From NCBI GenBank assembly GCA_964016885.1, contig OZ024745.1, forward strand, positions 107,942,001 to 108,006,000: a stretch of DNA of 64,000 nucleotides. The letters run 5' to 3'. This document shows, piece after piece, positions 63,423-64,000 of the stretch (its first letter is position 1; every line of letters begins with the position of its first letter). Made by a program: the position numbers and the translations under genes. The stretch comes from Eledone cirrhosa (taxonomy: Eukaryota). The notes beneath the pieces are model-generated. The model saw only the letters and a program-made list of their open reading frames with translations, was not told where the DNA came from and ran no database searches.

Positions 63423-64000
63423 TACCTTTGTAGCAGTTGACAATGATGCTACTGCACCAATCTTTTGGTATGACACCTTCTAGTATTACCTGGTTAACAA
63501 TACGTGTGGTTATATGCCTTCAGCTTCTCGGCAGCTATACCCGATGGACCGGTTGCCTTCCCCATCTTCATATCTTTGATTGCCTTACTTACTACATTGC
63601 TGCTGACTTGTACTGCTGGCCCCTCTATAGGGTCTACTTGGGGTAGGGTCTCTTCTTCCCATGCATTCTCCTCATTTAGTAATCTATCATAATGACTCTT
63701 CCATGCATCTTTCTTCTCAGCACTTGTGAGGGCAAGCTCACCTTTATCATTCCGGATACACTTCTCTCCAATGACATCGCAACTCTCTCTGACACACTGC
63801 CTCGCAATCTTGAACACCTCCTGTTTCTGGTCCTCACATTGCAAAACATGCTTGAATTTTCTATCCTCTGCTTCCCTCCTAGCTAAGTATACTTGTCGCC
63901 TAGCTTCCCTCTTGGTCTCTATGTAATGTACCCTGCTCCCCCCATTCTTCCATTCTTTCCATGCCTGTCTCTTGGCCTTAACTGCCTCATCTACCTTATT
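63423..64000 (-). mobile_element. RTE LINE fragment interrupting the mariner element; runs off the window
   Basis: Near-identical to ~42565-42962, with a small internal deletion. Confidence 0.9.

Overview
AT-rich, repeat-dense animal genomic DNA. The SINE, RTE and microsatellite landscape suggests an octopod cephalopod (inference). It holds one host gene, a 10-coding-exon minus-strand SLC27/FATP very-long-chain acyl-CoA synthetase (13388-36526; 1908-nt CDS, 635 aa, C-terminal SKL), assembled by hand from GT-AG sites. The rest is mostly transposable elements: a 5'-truncated Naiad-type Penelope-like retroelement (PLE; RT plus GIY-YIG) with an inverted pseudo-LTR, RTE/BovB LINEs, RLE-type LINE fragments, Helitrons, piggyBac-type MITEs, a mariner relic and dozens of tRNA-SINEs. 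The most notable signal is a cluster of type I hammerhead ribozyme motifs at 48-55.4 kb from three unrelated repeat families: a 483-bp tandem retrozyme-like array with three hammerheads, the Naiad pLTR hammerheads, and a perfect 429-bp palindrome with back-to-back hammerheads whose stem II is about 115 nt (diverged second copy at 2.6-3.1 kb). All structures were folded by eye and none is experimentally tested.
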